Shown here one piece after another: positions 13,422 to 26,881 of a DNA stretch of 64,000 nucleotides. The position numbers were made by a program, and so were the translations under genes. This DNA is from Octopus sinensis (Eukaryota): contig NC_043007.1 in NCBI RefSeq assembly GCF_006345805.1, forward strand, positions 58,404,001-58,468,000. The letters run 5' to 3'. The notes beneath the pieces are model-generated. The model saw only the letters and a program-made list of their open reading frames with translations. It was not told the DNA's origin and did not search any database. Position 1 is the first letter of the stretch. Each line of letters begins with the position of its first letter.

Positions 13422-14439
13422 AGAACGACACAGTATTTAGTAAAGATGGGGAAAGATTGATAAGTGTGTGAATTGAGTAGAGTAGAACAATACGAGATAG
13501 GAAAGTTTGGCGTTTATTATATAGAAAGTTACTATGTTCATGCTGTCCTATTATACAATTATTTCGTTCCTCCGACTGTTACACTCTTCATTTTTTCCAA
13601 CATTCATTTTATGATTCATTTTATCCAGAGTATTTCAACGAATGTTCATTTTAGCTTATATTCCGCAGTCTTGCCCACGTCTCTTCAAGCTCAATTTACC
13701 CCATATTACATTTTTTGCCACTGCTTTTATCCCACTACTAAATGTAGAATATTCTCAAGCTATTTTACTCGCCATTATATAGCCTTTCTCAATCTAGCTA
13801 ACAGCTCGATTTATCCTCCTCCCCATTAAATATCTCTTAGTAAAATCGATAAAATCGATACCGTGGGAAGTGGAAACTTTAACGTTTCGGACAGTGTTCT
13901 TCTGGCAGTTTTTCTAAATTGGAGCATGTCACACTCTGCCGTCTCCCATTAATTTCTCTCACATCAACTTTTCCTGGAAGAATGATCCTGTCCGAAGTGT
14001 TGAATTTCCCACTCCGGACAGTAAGTTCACTGTATTCTTTTCGTTGATTTAACTAAAGAATACAAGTTTTGCCTATGCAGATCAACAATAATCGCTTTGG
14101 CGTTTGTTTGATCAATCTATTTCATTGCTCAGACTATTTTACTTGCTCCTATACATCCCTACTCAATCTATCTAACAGCTCAATATATATAATTTATACC
14201 TACAATTCACGCTATCTCACTGTTCCATCTATTTCATCCAATACTCTGTCTTGAGTATTGCCCAATTTCTATTAATTTGACTGACTTGTGATCTCCCTTT
14301 TTCGTTATTCTACGTTCCTGCATTGTTCAACACTGCACTCCGATCTTCCATTTGTTTCTGTGATAGACAGGCAGACAGATTGACATGCAGAGAGACGGAT
14401 AAGCAGACAGACAGACAGACAGCAGACAGATAGATAGAC

Positions 14440-14515
<76 letters not shown>

Positions 14516-14694
14516 GTGTTTCTATGTTCAATTATAATACACAATTTTACATTAATCTGATGGGTTATTCTATACTTTTGTAAAGTACAAATTTATTATT
14601 CTTATACAATATTTTTGACAGTGACTTCGAAGTTTCGACCAGCTAAACCATCGTCATGGGCAGACAAAAACACTGACATAGAGACAGACAGACT

Positions 14695-14779
<85 letters not shown>

Positions 14780-15349
14780 ATTTGAAAATATATTAAAAAA
14801 CGATTTCTTTCATAGTGAAAGCAGGGAAAGACGGCCATGCAGTAGATAGGTTAAATATGGCTGTTATAATTCTTTGCTGCTTTTTTTTTTTGCTGTTCAT
14901 GTTGTCATTGTTTCTTTTCCTGCTGTTGTTGTTGTTGCTGTTGTTTTTTTGTTGTTCTAGTTGTTGTAGCTAGAATTACCGGTGTTGCTTTCACTGCTGT
15001 CAACTCCCTAAAGGATCGCAGTAGAGCCATAATGCGTGCCTGAAAATGAAACAGTGCCGAAGCGAAGAGCTGGGCAAATATAATTAACGCCGTAGGTTCC
15101 TACCTCGTATTGTCTTACTTTACCCAACACACACACACACACACACACATACACACAATTCCTTCCACCCTCATTACTCTATACTGTGTCCCATCGCTCT
15201 CTTTCTCTCTCTCTCGCTCTCTTTTCCTCTCACTCTCGCTCTCTTTTCCTCTCTCCCGCGCTCTCTCTCTCTCTCTCTCTCCTTCTCCTCTTTCTCCTCC
15301 CATTTTCTCGCCCCACCTTTGTCTGCTGCTTATTTTGCATCCATCGAGT

Positions 15350-15520
15350 CTCTCCTCCCTACGCCTGAATGAGAAAGGCAGGTTTAACAGCCTGCTTGCT
15401 GCCAGTCTGCTCCTAACGAAACAGCTACTACAATTGCTAACTCTTCTGTTGCTGCTGCTAATGATGATGTTGCTGATCTGCTATAACTGCTGCGGCAATT
15501 ACTGCTGCTGTTGTTGCTGC

Positions 15521-15570
<50 letters not shown>

Positions 15571-15716
15571 ATGATGATGACGATGATGACGATGATGACG
15601 ATGTTAATTATGGTGATCACGACAACGCCATGACTATGACGACGACGGCTCGACGACGACGTCAATGATGATGATGATGGAAGATGAATAGAAAGAAGAA
15701 GAAGAAGAAGAAGAAG

Positions 15717-15747
<31 letters not shown>

Positions 15748-16061
15748 GGGGGAGAGGGGATACTAAACTTGCTGTTGATGTCATCAATGGGAAAAGTATG
15801 GTTGGTAGTCAACGGATCATGTCATCGTTACACCCACCCATTAACCACACACACACACTTCCCTGTACAAATATATCATCCGTGTCATGCTCACACTGCG
15901 AGAACCGAACATCCAAAGCCAGCCAGAACTGCCCGCTTTGCCTCTTCCTGTGTAAACATCGTAAAAACACCAGCTGACAGATGCAATCACAATCACGGCC
16001 GCCCTCTCTTTAACTTTTGCTGCACCAATAATTTCACCCATGCACTAAACATCATGGATGC
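15350..16061 (+). other. Candidate first exon / 5' UTR of an unidentified host gene (ATG GAT GC | gtaagc)
   Basis: Unique, GC-richer sequence between microsatellites. ATG at 16054 in AACATC-ATG-G context, then a consensus-like donor GTAAGC at 16062. No transcript evidence is available. Confidence 0.2.
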
Positions 16062-16241
16062 GTAAGCACACATAGTCTTGCAATTAACAGAAGGTCGTAC
16101 AAACCCTTATTTGCTAAAACTGTTCTTAAATCGACGTCATTGGCTAAATTCCTTAATTCTTTCTGTTTATTTTCCACAAGAAAATCCACCACGTATTTTT
16201 CTATTCATCAATCTCTAAATTTTGAATCTCTCTCTATATAT

Positions 16242-16295
<54 letters not shown>

Positions 16296-16676
16296 GTGTG
16301 CGTGTGTGTGTGTATACGTCTTTCTATCTATGTCAATCTCTCTATACTTCTTTCTCTCTCTCTCTCTCCCTCTCTCTCTTGCGCTCGCTTGTTCGTTCGT
16401 TATCTCTCTCTAATTCACTCCCCTTTTTCTCTCTTTCATCCTTCCCTCTCTATTAATCTATATTTCATTTTTTTATACACACACACATACACACATAAAT
16501 TGCTATATCCACGGGACTAAGATTTCGCTTCGAAGGCACGTGGTTCTGCATTCGATCCCACTGCGCGGCACGTTGATCAAATGCTTTCTATAAGAACTTC
16601 GCATTTACCAATGATTTTGAATGTAATTTGGTGGACAAAATTCTGACGGGCGCGCGTGTTTATATATATATATAAA

Positions 16677-16845
16677 CAATTGCAGCGTGGAGGGTGTTTA
16701 TAAGCCATTTAAGAAACACACAAAAACCGTTAGATTCACTTCAACATTTAAATTTAATTTGTCAAAATATTTTCGTCGCTTTGAGATCGCGACCTGTCAC
16801 TGACAAAACTGACAAACTGTTCACTGACAAAATAATATATATATA
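16677..16845. mobile_element. Short (TA)n-flanked element, probable Penelope-like terminal fragment; same family as the 19413-19677 arms
   Basis: TTGCAGCGTGGAGGGTGTTTATAAGCC..GCGACCTGTCACTGACAAAA matches the palindrome arms. Confidence 0.65.
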
Positions 16846-16859
16846 TTCTTTTATTATTT

Positions 16860-17035
16860 TGATTTTATTACTTTAGTTGTTTCAGTCATTTGATTGGAGT
16901 AACGCTTTTAGTAGAACAAATCGACTCTGGGACTTATTCTTTGTAAGCTCAGTACTTATTCTATCGGTCTCTTTTTCCGAACCGCTAAGTTACGGGGACG
17001 TAAACACACCAACATCGGTTGCCAAGCGCTGATTC
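16860..17035 (-). mobile_element. SINE family A, 3' half
   Basis: TTGTTTCAGTCATTTG..CCGAACCGCTAAGTTACGGGGACGTAAACACACC. Confidence 0.75.
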
Positions 17036-17143
17036 ACGTCGAATGCCCTCAAATCAATGTGCGAAGCCAGAGTAGTATAGCAGTTAATAAATTCAAACGT
17101 ATATTATCCGACCTAAGAATTTGAATATTTAACTTTATAAATA

Positions 17144-17405
17144 AAAATAAAAAATAAATGCACCCTTTTTAAAGCCTAGCCAGGTTCATGGGCCAGGTTT
17201 CCCGGTTTCTATGGCGTATGTGTTTCCCAGCTGGACGGGACGCCAGTCTATCGCAGCGTTACTCAATTTTGCCAGCTGAGTGGACTAGAGCAACGTGAAA
17301 TGAAGTGTTTTGCTCAAGAACACAACGCGTCGTCCGATCCAGGAATCGAAACCACAATATTACGGTCATGGTGCTGACACCCTAACCACTAGCCACGCGC
17401 CTCCA
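17144..17405 (-). mobile_element. SINE family D, full length with TSD
   Basis: Head GGAGGCGCGTGGCTAGTGGTTAGGG, B box GTTTCGATTCC, core GCGATAGACTGGCGTCCCGTCCAG. 13-bp TSD AACTTTATAAATA at 17131-17143 and 17406-17418. Confidence 0.9.
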
Positions 17406-18625
17406 AACTTTATAAATACAAGAATGGAAATTATTAATTTCTTACCAGTTGTCATCATGCGTAATAATAGTCAGAAAGATAAGTATTTTAAAATATAATA
17501 GTGTATGAGATGAATGCTTGGTGTATAAACATGGGATTGAATGCGCACGTATTTACTTTATATTTTCGGTACGTATTGTAGTCTCATATTTATACATTTT
17601 ATAGCGACCTTACTGACCAGCTACGGATGATTAATTAATCAATTAATTATTTAATTAGTTGATTTATTTGGTCATTAATAGTGAAACTGATGAGTTTAAA
17701 GTTAACTAAAAAATATATTCACTTAAATGTCTTGCTTGCGTACAAACAACGTGCTTTAATATAAGAATGTTTTTACGTGGCTTTAGGCTTTGACTGCCAT
17801 TTTAGCATGTAAGAAATGCACGTGGTGGTTTTCTCTCTGTGTATGTTTCAAACACCATTATATTTTAAAATATTTGTCTTCTGACTCATTATTATTTCAT
17901 CATTTTTACCCTTGTATTTATAAAGTTTTATATATATATATATATATATATATGAGAAATGGTAAGTTCAAAAAGAACAATTCAAACTTTTTGTGGGATC
18001 CAAAAAGAGAGAAAAGGTGATTTCTGATAAGGATTCATCATATTCATGAAAAACAGCCAAAACGAGTAATAGGAGTATGAAAATAATATTTGAGGAGATT
18101 CGTTATAGGTATAAGAATATACCATAAACAAGTATAAAAAATGGAGAGATGTTCAAACAGAAATAGATTTATTATAAAACTGGATTCATAAAACTATATA
18201 TGTATAGTCTATGGAAGATTGAAGATTATATATATATATATATATGAATGGTATTCTATCTATTTATATTATATACCACTGAAAAGAAATCTAAAACGAC
18301 TGCAATTGCTTTTCTGTGATAATGCTGGCTCCGCCGGAATTACATTACTATATAGTACGTTAATATTTGTGGAGTAGGAGTTCTGTTGGCTTAGATGAAA
18401 TTCTCATTTGCGGCTGTAGATACTACGTTTCTCACAAAGTATCTTTTATTTTTTACTTGTTTCATTCATTAGACTGCAGCCATGCTGGGGCATCACCTTG
18501 AAGAATTTTAGTCTAATCGACCCCAGTACTTATTTTCTTTTAAAGCACACCAAGACCTATTGTCAAGATGCGGTGGGGGAAAACACAGACACAAAGACTC
18601 CACACACACACACACACACACACAC

Positions 18626-18676
<51 letters not shown>

Positions 18677-18699
18677 CTTAGACATTCTTTTCTGCTCTA

Positions 18700-18840
18700 G
18701 GTACAAGGCAACTGGTACTTAATTTATCGACTCCGAAAGGATGAAAGGCAAAGTCGAAATTTGAACTCAGAACGTAACGGCAGACAAAATACGGCTACGC
18801 ATTCGCCAGTGTGCTAACGTTTCAGCCAGCTCACCGCCTT
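18700..18840 (-). mobile_element. SINE family B fragment
   Basis: GGTACTTAATTTATCGAC..GAAAGGATGAAAGGCAAAGTCG..GCCAGCTCACCGCC. Confidence 0.75.
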
Positions 18841-18899
18841 ATATTGCTTAGACACTGCGAGACTAATAACATGGAACCTGGTGTCATCTCTTTTTCTAT

Positions 18900-18975
<76 letters not shown>

Positions 18976-19259
18976 AAGAGTATATATATATTGATATAGT
19001 ATTATAACAGGTTAATTTCTATGCATTAATTTGTACTGTCTTCATTACGGCAACAGGTTTTTTTCCTCGGTATTTTCCTCGCGATTTTTAAATTTTATAG
19101 TTTTTATATATATATACATATATTTTTGACCTTTTTGTTTATCGCTCGAAGATTGACGTTTTTTCTAAAGGGCCAATCAAACAAGTCCATTTCTTTTTAA
19201 AGGTGTAGCGTTTGTAAGAGTATAGATTGAATTAATATATATGTTCCATTCTAGCAGAA

Positions 19260-19296
19260 CTGTCTGATGAACGGCAACGAGAACTCAGAGTAACAG
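19260..19296 (+). ncRNA. Minimal type I hammerhead-like motif at a probable Penelope-like 3' end
   Basis: CTGT / CTGATGA / short stem II around GCAA / GAGAA-CTCAGAGT-A / ACAG, followed by AATAAA and (TA)n. The GAAA box is disrupted. Confidence 0.4.
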
Positions 19297-19412
19297 ATTT
19301 TTGATGAATTTTCTGCTGCTTTAAATAAAGTATATATATATATATATATATACGGAGATGTACTCGCATAGCAAGTTAATTTGATCTGAGATCGTGTGCT
19401 GAAACGAAAACA

Positions 19413-19677
19413 ATTGCAACGTGGAAGGTGTTTATAAGCCATTTAAGAAACACACAAAAGCCGTTCGATTCACTTCAACATTTAAGTTTAATTTGTCATC
19501 CGCGACCTGTTCACTGACAAAAATCCGTGCTGCATCTCAGCACGGATTTTTGTCAGTGAACAGGTCGCGGATTTTAGCGACGAAAATATTTTGACAAATT
19601 AAACTTAAATGTTGAAGTGAATCGAACGGCTTTTGTGCGTTTCTTAAATGGCTTATAAACACCTTCCACGCTGCAAT
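19413..19677. repeat. Fold-back inverted repeat (arms about 120 and 140 bp, 5-nt loop)
   Basis: 19413-19532 mirrors 19538-19677, except for a 20-nt deletion in the left arm. The right arm ends at (TA)n. Confidence 0.9.
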
Positions 19678-19678
19678 A

Positions 19679-19902
<224 letters not shown>

Positions 19903-20405
19903 TGTATGTATAAACATGCGCTCTTACACGATTACTATGAACATTTTTACTCCCTTACCTTTATTCCCTCCCCTTACTTATCGGTCATTCTAATAACTCT
20001 TTTGTTTTAATAACGGTCAGCCGTACAGTATTTTCCCTTTGTTTAACGGTCATTTTCATAGCAATTTTTTCGATGACATACATAATACATACATACATAT
20101 ATATATATACATCATTTGAAGTCTAAAACAATGTGAAGCGCATTGTGACTAGCGATGTGTAGTAACATCTGATAGCCTGGTCGGTCACAGTGATATATAT
20201 ATACATACATGCATACACACATACATACATACATATATGTACATACATATATGCATATACTTATGCATATATGGGTACAGGACGTCATAGAACATAAACA
20301 ACATGAAATACGAAAACATGGAATGCGAACATTTTTTTTGCGAACAACGAAAGAAACAAATGGAAAACAAGACAGGCAACATAAAGAACGACCCAAGTAA
20401 GTTAT

Positions 20406-20707
<302 letters not shown>

Positions 20708-21863
20708 AGATTTCAGATTTCTAAAAGCTATAGAAAGATGAGCATGGAGGGAGAACGTAGTAAGAGAATGACAGAAAATGGAAAGTGGATCGAGTATTTA
20801 GAATATTTGTAAAAAGTTTTCAGTCACGAAATGTCTGTGAGATAAGGGCACAAGCAGAGGCTATTTTCGATCAAGTCAGATGGACTCCGATCGTGACAGA
20901 ACTTCTTCAAACTAAGTAAGTGATGCGCGAAATACTCCTTACCATTAGCAGAATAAGGTATTACCAGACCTAGATGCTTATAAAATTCTATTAATAAGAG
21001 GTAGGGGAATGAGAAATATCTATACATTTTCAATAGCTCTTAGCAACTTGAATCTTAATTGAATGGAACGTATCCCATTTTGATCAATAATAACACTTTA
21101 CTTAGAGAGATGTAAGTCTAATAAGGAAATATACGAAAGAAAAAAATGGAAAATAAGATATTGACAATAGAAACTGTTCATAAATACATATATAATGACA
21201 CTAAAAAAAATAACAATTTCTACTTTTTAAGAAAACAATACACATACGTATATATATATATATATTTATGAAAGAACGTACATTTAAAAGATGCTAATGG
21301 GAACGTTTTACCGTTAAAAAATGTAACAAATTTTGTATGTAGATATAAATATTAAAAAATATAGTGGTAAATTTGTAACCATACAATCAAAAACAGAAAA
21401 TATTAAACTTTTAAGACTATTGTATTTTTTCTATTGTCATTCGTTATAATCTGTTGTAACGATGGTATTTGGAAACGACATGATGGTTGTATTTAAGAAG
21501 AGCTTATTTCATATTTGGAGTGGTAACAGACCATGTCCAAACTTGATGAAATACTAAACCAGCTGATGAGCCTATAAAAAAGGGCGCTACACATAAAGTA
21601 AAAGGAGAGGAATATAATTGAGAATTGACGCAATTATCAAGTCCCCACACTTACACAAGCTGGGTTTGTGATTTAGTAAATACCATATATATGTATGCGT
21701 TCATATCATTCTGACGATGTTTGTTACATGGAACGAGATAAATGCAAACTTAGCTCAAAAATAACAAACTGAAACAGCTGTAAATGTTATTTTAACTGTA
21801 ATTAAACTATTACCATTCAATATCAATGATCAACTTCTAATTGTTAATTGTTGCTCCATTTCT

Positions 21864-21916
<53 letters not shown>

Positions 21917-22137
21917 AGTTATATATAGGTGACAATGCTCGTTTTTATATAAAGTTCTGTATAAAGCAATTTCACACTAAATTGAAAGATCATTCAATAT
22001 TTTTAGTAGAGTGCATATTTGTTAATTTTTACAAAGAAAAGATTGAGGATGATTTTGAAGTTTCGGTTTACTACTGTCCATCATCAGATTAAACTTCGAA
22101 GTCATTGTCAAGCTTTTCCTTGTGGAAAGGAACATGT

Positions 22138-22206
<69 letters not shown>

Positions 22207-22469
22207 TTTTTATACGCGTATGTATATATGTTCTTTTCTGTTTATATTCGTTTAAATTCTTGCTGTGTAGAAGGAGCTGACTTCTAACAAAGATACGAGA
22301 CTCCATCGTTAGAATGTAGACGACAATACTAATGTCACATTTTAAAATTTAGAAAAGACTTGCATATTTTTACTGCTCTAGGTTATATTTGTAATGTGCA
22401 AGTTGGTTGATATGTTTTTCTGAAAAACCTAGCTTATCCATTAACTCACAAAACCAAGTGTATCAATTA

Positions 22470-23130
22470 TTATTGGTATAAATAATCGGAATATAGAAGC
22501 TGGAGGCTTCGGAGTAGTTGTCCACAGTTATCCGCTTTCTTTTTAATTTTCAAAGAGACATTCACATCAGCAGGACCGCTGACTGCTATAACAGTACATA
22601 CGTTTTCTTGTCCATCCCAAACAACAATATCCGGCTTGTTATATTTACACTTGACAGATGTTTTGATGGGAATGTTCCACCAGAGCATTTTGCGTTGATG
22701 GTTGTGTACGGATTCAGCGACAGTGGGATTCTCTATATTTATTCCAGGGCAGTCTTTTTTTACTGGATAGCATTGTATAGCATTGATTTTATGACAACGC
22801 CATGTCGCATGGAGAGGTGGTTCCTTGATATTTTGGGGCAGATGCTAATCACATGTGTGATGTCTTCCACAGAAGTATGACATAACCTACATTTTCGGTT
22901 GTACCTTGGAGCTCCAAGTGCTTCACTGACTCTATCGTTTATGTATTTTTAGCAATCTCCAATTCTTGGACTGTAAATGCATAACCTTCGAAGTATGATG
23001 TGATGTAGCGGTCACGGGTGCAAGAAAGGCTTCGCTTCGTGTCGATATTACTATTTTCTCCAAGTCTTCGGGTAACATACCCATGAATAATTTTTTTTTC
23101 GGTATACTGAGCGTTTCACATCCAGGTCTT
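22470..23130 (-). mobile_element. R4/Dong-type non-LTR retrotransposon 3' fragment (CCHC knuckle plus restriction-like endonuclease), pseudogenised
   Basis: Minus-strand translation gives IHGYV..TSYFEGYAFTVQELEI, CRLCHTSVEDITHVISICPK..MRHGVV and KPDIVVWD..IAVSGPADVNVSLKIKKK. This is the CCHC, RH and PD-(D/E)xK succession of R2/R4-group elements. Confidence 0.8.
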
Positions 23131-24818
23131 CTTTGAGATATATTAGTTCGTATGCTTTGGGGTTGTATGGGAGGTATATATGTATGTATGTTTGTGTATG
23201 CATGAATGTATGTATGAATGCATTTATATTTGTATGTATTGATGTAAATGGTGAAACAGTTAGAGGTACGGTGGTAGTTGTTGATACTAATGCCATTGAG
23301 GCGAATATTGTTGTTGTAACTGGTATTGTTCTAGTTGGTAGTATTTGCTGCTATTAGTGATATTCCTGCTACCTCTATTACTACCGATGTATACGACAAA
23401 ACATTTTAGGAATCCAAGCGAGAATAGGGGCAAGAACGTGTCCCCCCCCCCTTCCAACATTAGACCCTGCTTCACTTCACAGCACATCAGCATGTCACAC
23501 ATACTATCATATAACAGAAATTATATCACTATCATATCATAATATCACATACTAACCTATCACCATTGTGTCACATATAAATATATATCGATCGTATCAT
23601 ATACTAATATATCATATATACATAATATATCCCATGTATCACACGCTAACATATCACCATTATATTACACACAACCATATCACATATAAACACATTACAC
23701 ATAATATATCCACACCATATCACACGCTCACATATCACATATAGACATATCACCATCATATCACACACCGACATCTGACTCATTTGAGTTGTTTTGTTTT
23801 ATATTTATATATTTACAATCCTCTTCCATCTGACTGAGAAAGCAATTAAAACTAAACCAAAACAAAAACAAACAACACTCAACAAATACATACAAAAAAA
23901 ACAACGCACAAACATAGCAAATCATAAACAGACAAACCAAAAATAACCAACAAAAAATCACCAACAGGAACTACTTTCTAAATAACATCGGTCTGACGCT
24001 TCGATTGTCACCGCCCTAACACGTCACAGATCGCTGCATCTTCATTGGTTATTGATACAGTCGATAATATACGACTGTTTGCATGTAGCGGGAAAATAAT
24101 TTGTCTTTAGAGTAAATATTCCTTGGCAATACCCTCTCCGCCGTGTTGTTGTTGTTGTTGTTGTTGTTGTCGCTACTGCTGTTGTTGTTGTTGTTCTTGT
24201 TCTTGTCGTTCTTGTTTTTGTTCTTGTTGATGTTTATTTCCATGTCGCCTCCGATCGAGCGCACACATGATCGACTGCGTTCCAGTCGTGACTACCACCG
24301 TTAAATTTTCAGCCATAGTGTATTATTAATTATCCAATATACATATTTCCGTTCTATTAAAACTCTAGCTGTAATTTGAGGTATATTTGATAGCTATTTT
24401 CAGCAGATCGAACAATCCCGTAGACACTCCACCTCATTGACTTGCTGTCATTTAGCTCTCACACACATTCAAAACTTGACAATAAAGTCTCACAACAGAA
24501 GCCCGCTTATATAAATTGTATGAATTGTATGTGTTACTAGCATATATCGCCTAAACGGAGGTGCTCTTCGATAACGAAAAGCAACAACGATCAGCATATT
24601 TATGTTCGGATAAGCCAGACCATATTGAGAATAGATAGATATGTTATTGCTTGGTTTCTCGCTGTTCTGAATGTCTTTCATGAATTATTACCAGTTTAGA
24701 AGAGATCAACGTGCATCAGCAAATAATTTGTTTACTGTTTTTATACACATGAGTCAGTACTCTCGTTATTTTCATTGATCTAGTCTTAGCTTTGACTGGA
24801 GAGACACGCACAACAAGG

Positions 24819-24851
<33 letters not shown>

Positions 24852-24961
24852 TGGGGGAGAAATTCCTTCTATAAGGTCATTCTGTTTTTATAATATTTTT
24901 TGTATAATTAAGTTAATCTTTATTCAGATATTGACTGTATCAATAATTATTCTAAAATAGT

Positions 24962-25068
<107 letters not shown>

Positions 25069-25589
25069 CATTAGTTAAAGATAATGTGGTGAGTGAATGA
25101 AATTGTGAAATGCCGGATTTAATATCTTGCAATCTTACAATATAAGTTTAGGACCTTTTCCGATCTGATTTCAAATCCGGAAAGTGCTCATTTTAATACT
25201 TATTGATAAAATAAGTTGCTATAAAGTGGTCCTCAGCCCAACATGTGTGATCTTAAGAAAAAAGTTAGAAACTTAAATTTTTAATTAAAGAAAGTAATAA
25301 CTTCAGAGAACTAATGTAGAGTGACGTCTATGTATACGAACATAATCGGTTCCTGGAGTTTTGATCGTTGACACAAATACATGAGTAATTCAAATACATA
25401 TAAACAGGGGTAATCCCTTCCAAGCCACACCAAAACTCTGCATAAACACATGAAATTACGTTTTATTTGTCCATCCATCTAACACAAATACATAAATATA
25501 TACATATATGCATATTACCCTGTGTAACACGAGTTTTGTACTTGGGTAGCAATTGTTATTTCTTAGAAAGTATGAAAAATGGCTTATAT

Positions 25590-25883
25590 TTCCTTCAAAC
25601 TTTGCTTTTGTTACATTTATTCAAATCCCAAATAATCTCTCTCAACACATGGCTTATGACGCTCCCCCACTACTTCTGCTTGTCACCAGAGATGCACATA
25701 TTGTCAGCCACTAAGGGACATGCTCAAGTGGTTAGGTCAAGGAGCTGACCAGCAAATCTATGGTATTGAGCAGAATATTTGCTATAACGATATTTCTGCT
25801 TCAGCAACTCCGTCTGAAATGTAACGGAAAATGTTAGCTTCAAAACATTGATGTCCAAGTCACAAAAGCAAAGTTTGAAGGAA
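25590..25883. mobile_element. MITE-like segment with perfect 22-bp inverted repeats, enclosing a fragment of the 32911-33454 family
   Basis: TTCCTTCAAACTTTGCTTTTGT at 25590-25611 and its exact reverse complement at 25862-25883. Internal GGTATTGAGCAGAATATTTGCT is shared with about 33330-33351. Confidence 0.55.
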
Positions 25884-26767
25884 GCACTAGTCATTTCCTT
25901 CGGTTACTAGATAGAAGCAAATAGGAAATAACACTCACTGACCAATGACAAAAAAAGTCAAAATTTTGTCACACAGTGTTATCAATGTCATATATTTAAT
26001 GTATGCGTGCTTTTAAAATCTTTTAGGCTGCGGTATTTTACCCAGCGAAAGTGCCTTTAAAGACTGAAAGTGTTTAAAAAGCTCAGTACATTTCAAAGTC
26101 GGGCAAAACGAACCGCCCGGGAGGTAAAGGAGAACGACAGATGTCGATAGTACGCAGTTATTTCTGTTCATCGGTGCTGTATACTCGATTCATTCTCGAC
26201 GCGAATTCGAACCACTGGCCTGACATATATGCAGGCAGCCGAAAATCTATCTGCTGATATGCAACTGTAACGCACAAGTAAAACAAAATTCAAAATCTGT
26301 GTTTAGAAGCAGCTCTATAATGTAAACATTATCAATGCTACATATTTAAAGTATGTGTGTTATTAAACGCTCTTAAGCTGCAATGTTTCGTTCGAGTAAG
26401 GTCCTTTTAAAGACGTAAAGAGTTAAAAACACAGTATATTTCAAACTCAGGCGAAATATCGATATCTGTCGTTCTCGTTCACTTCCAGGGAGATTCGTTT
26501 CGCTTGGCTTTGAAATATATTGGGTTTTTAACACTTTATATCTTTAAAAGGACCTTCCCTCGACGAAATGCCGCAACCTAAAAACGTTCAAGGAACTTTT
26601 CTGTTTGATTGCCAGCGGCTGCCAGTGTCAATTTCCTGTTCGAATTGATTTCATATTCAGTGTAATGATATACTTTCTTAGGCTAATTAGTAGCGTGAAA
26701 GTAATTTTCGCTATAAATCAATAAAGAGTTATTGATAATTAAAGTTTGAACATTTTGGCAATTTCAG

Positions 26768-26881
26768 CCAATCGTAAGCCACAAACACATACATGTCTGT
26801 TTCGATAGCAACAAGCGAAAACACGAGAACTCTTTTGCCTGTTTCCATAGTAACAGTCTTTGAAACGTCTGCGAGGAAGTG
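26768..26881. promoter_or_regulatory. Candidate regulatory cluster: CCAAT, two RFX X-box-like motifs, ETS-like site
   Basis: CCAAT at 26768, GTTTCGATAGCAAC at 26799-26812, GTTTCCATAGTAAC at 26841-26854, GAGGAAGTG near 26873. Motif match only. Confidence 0.3.

Noticed and set aside
15110-15812. Poly-Cys and poly-Ser/Ile ORFs over CTG/GAT repeats
   Set aside because: Every frame is either interrupted or explained by trinucleotide repeats; no credible start or domain.
17950-18200. Possible PLE ORF N-terminus (IFEEIRYRY, KKWRDV)
   Set aside because: Too short and broken to distinguish from chance.
21530-21600. CTGATGAGCC..GGCGCTAC hammerhead-like string
   Set aside because: GAAA is absent and stems I and III cannot be formed convincingly.
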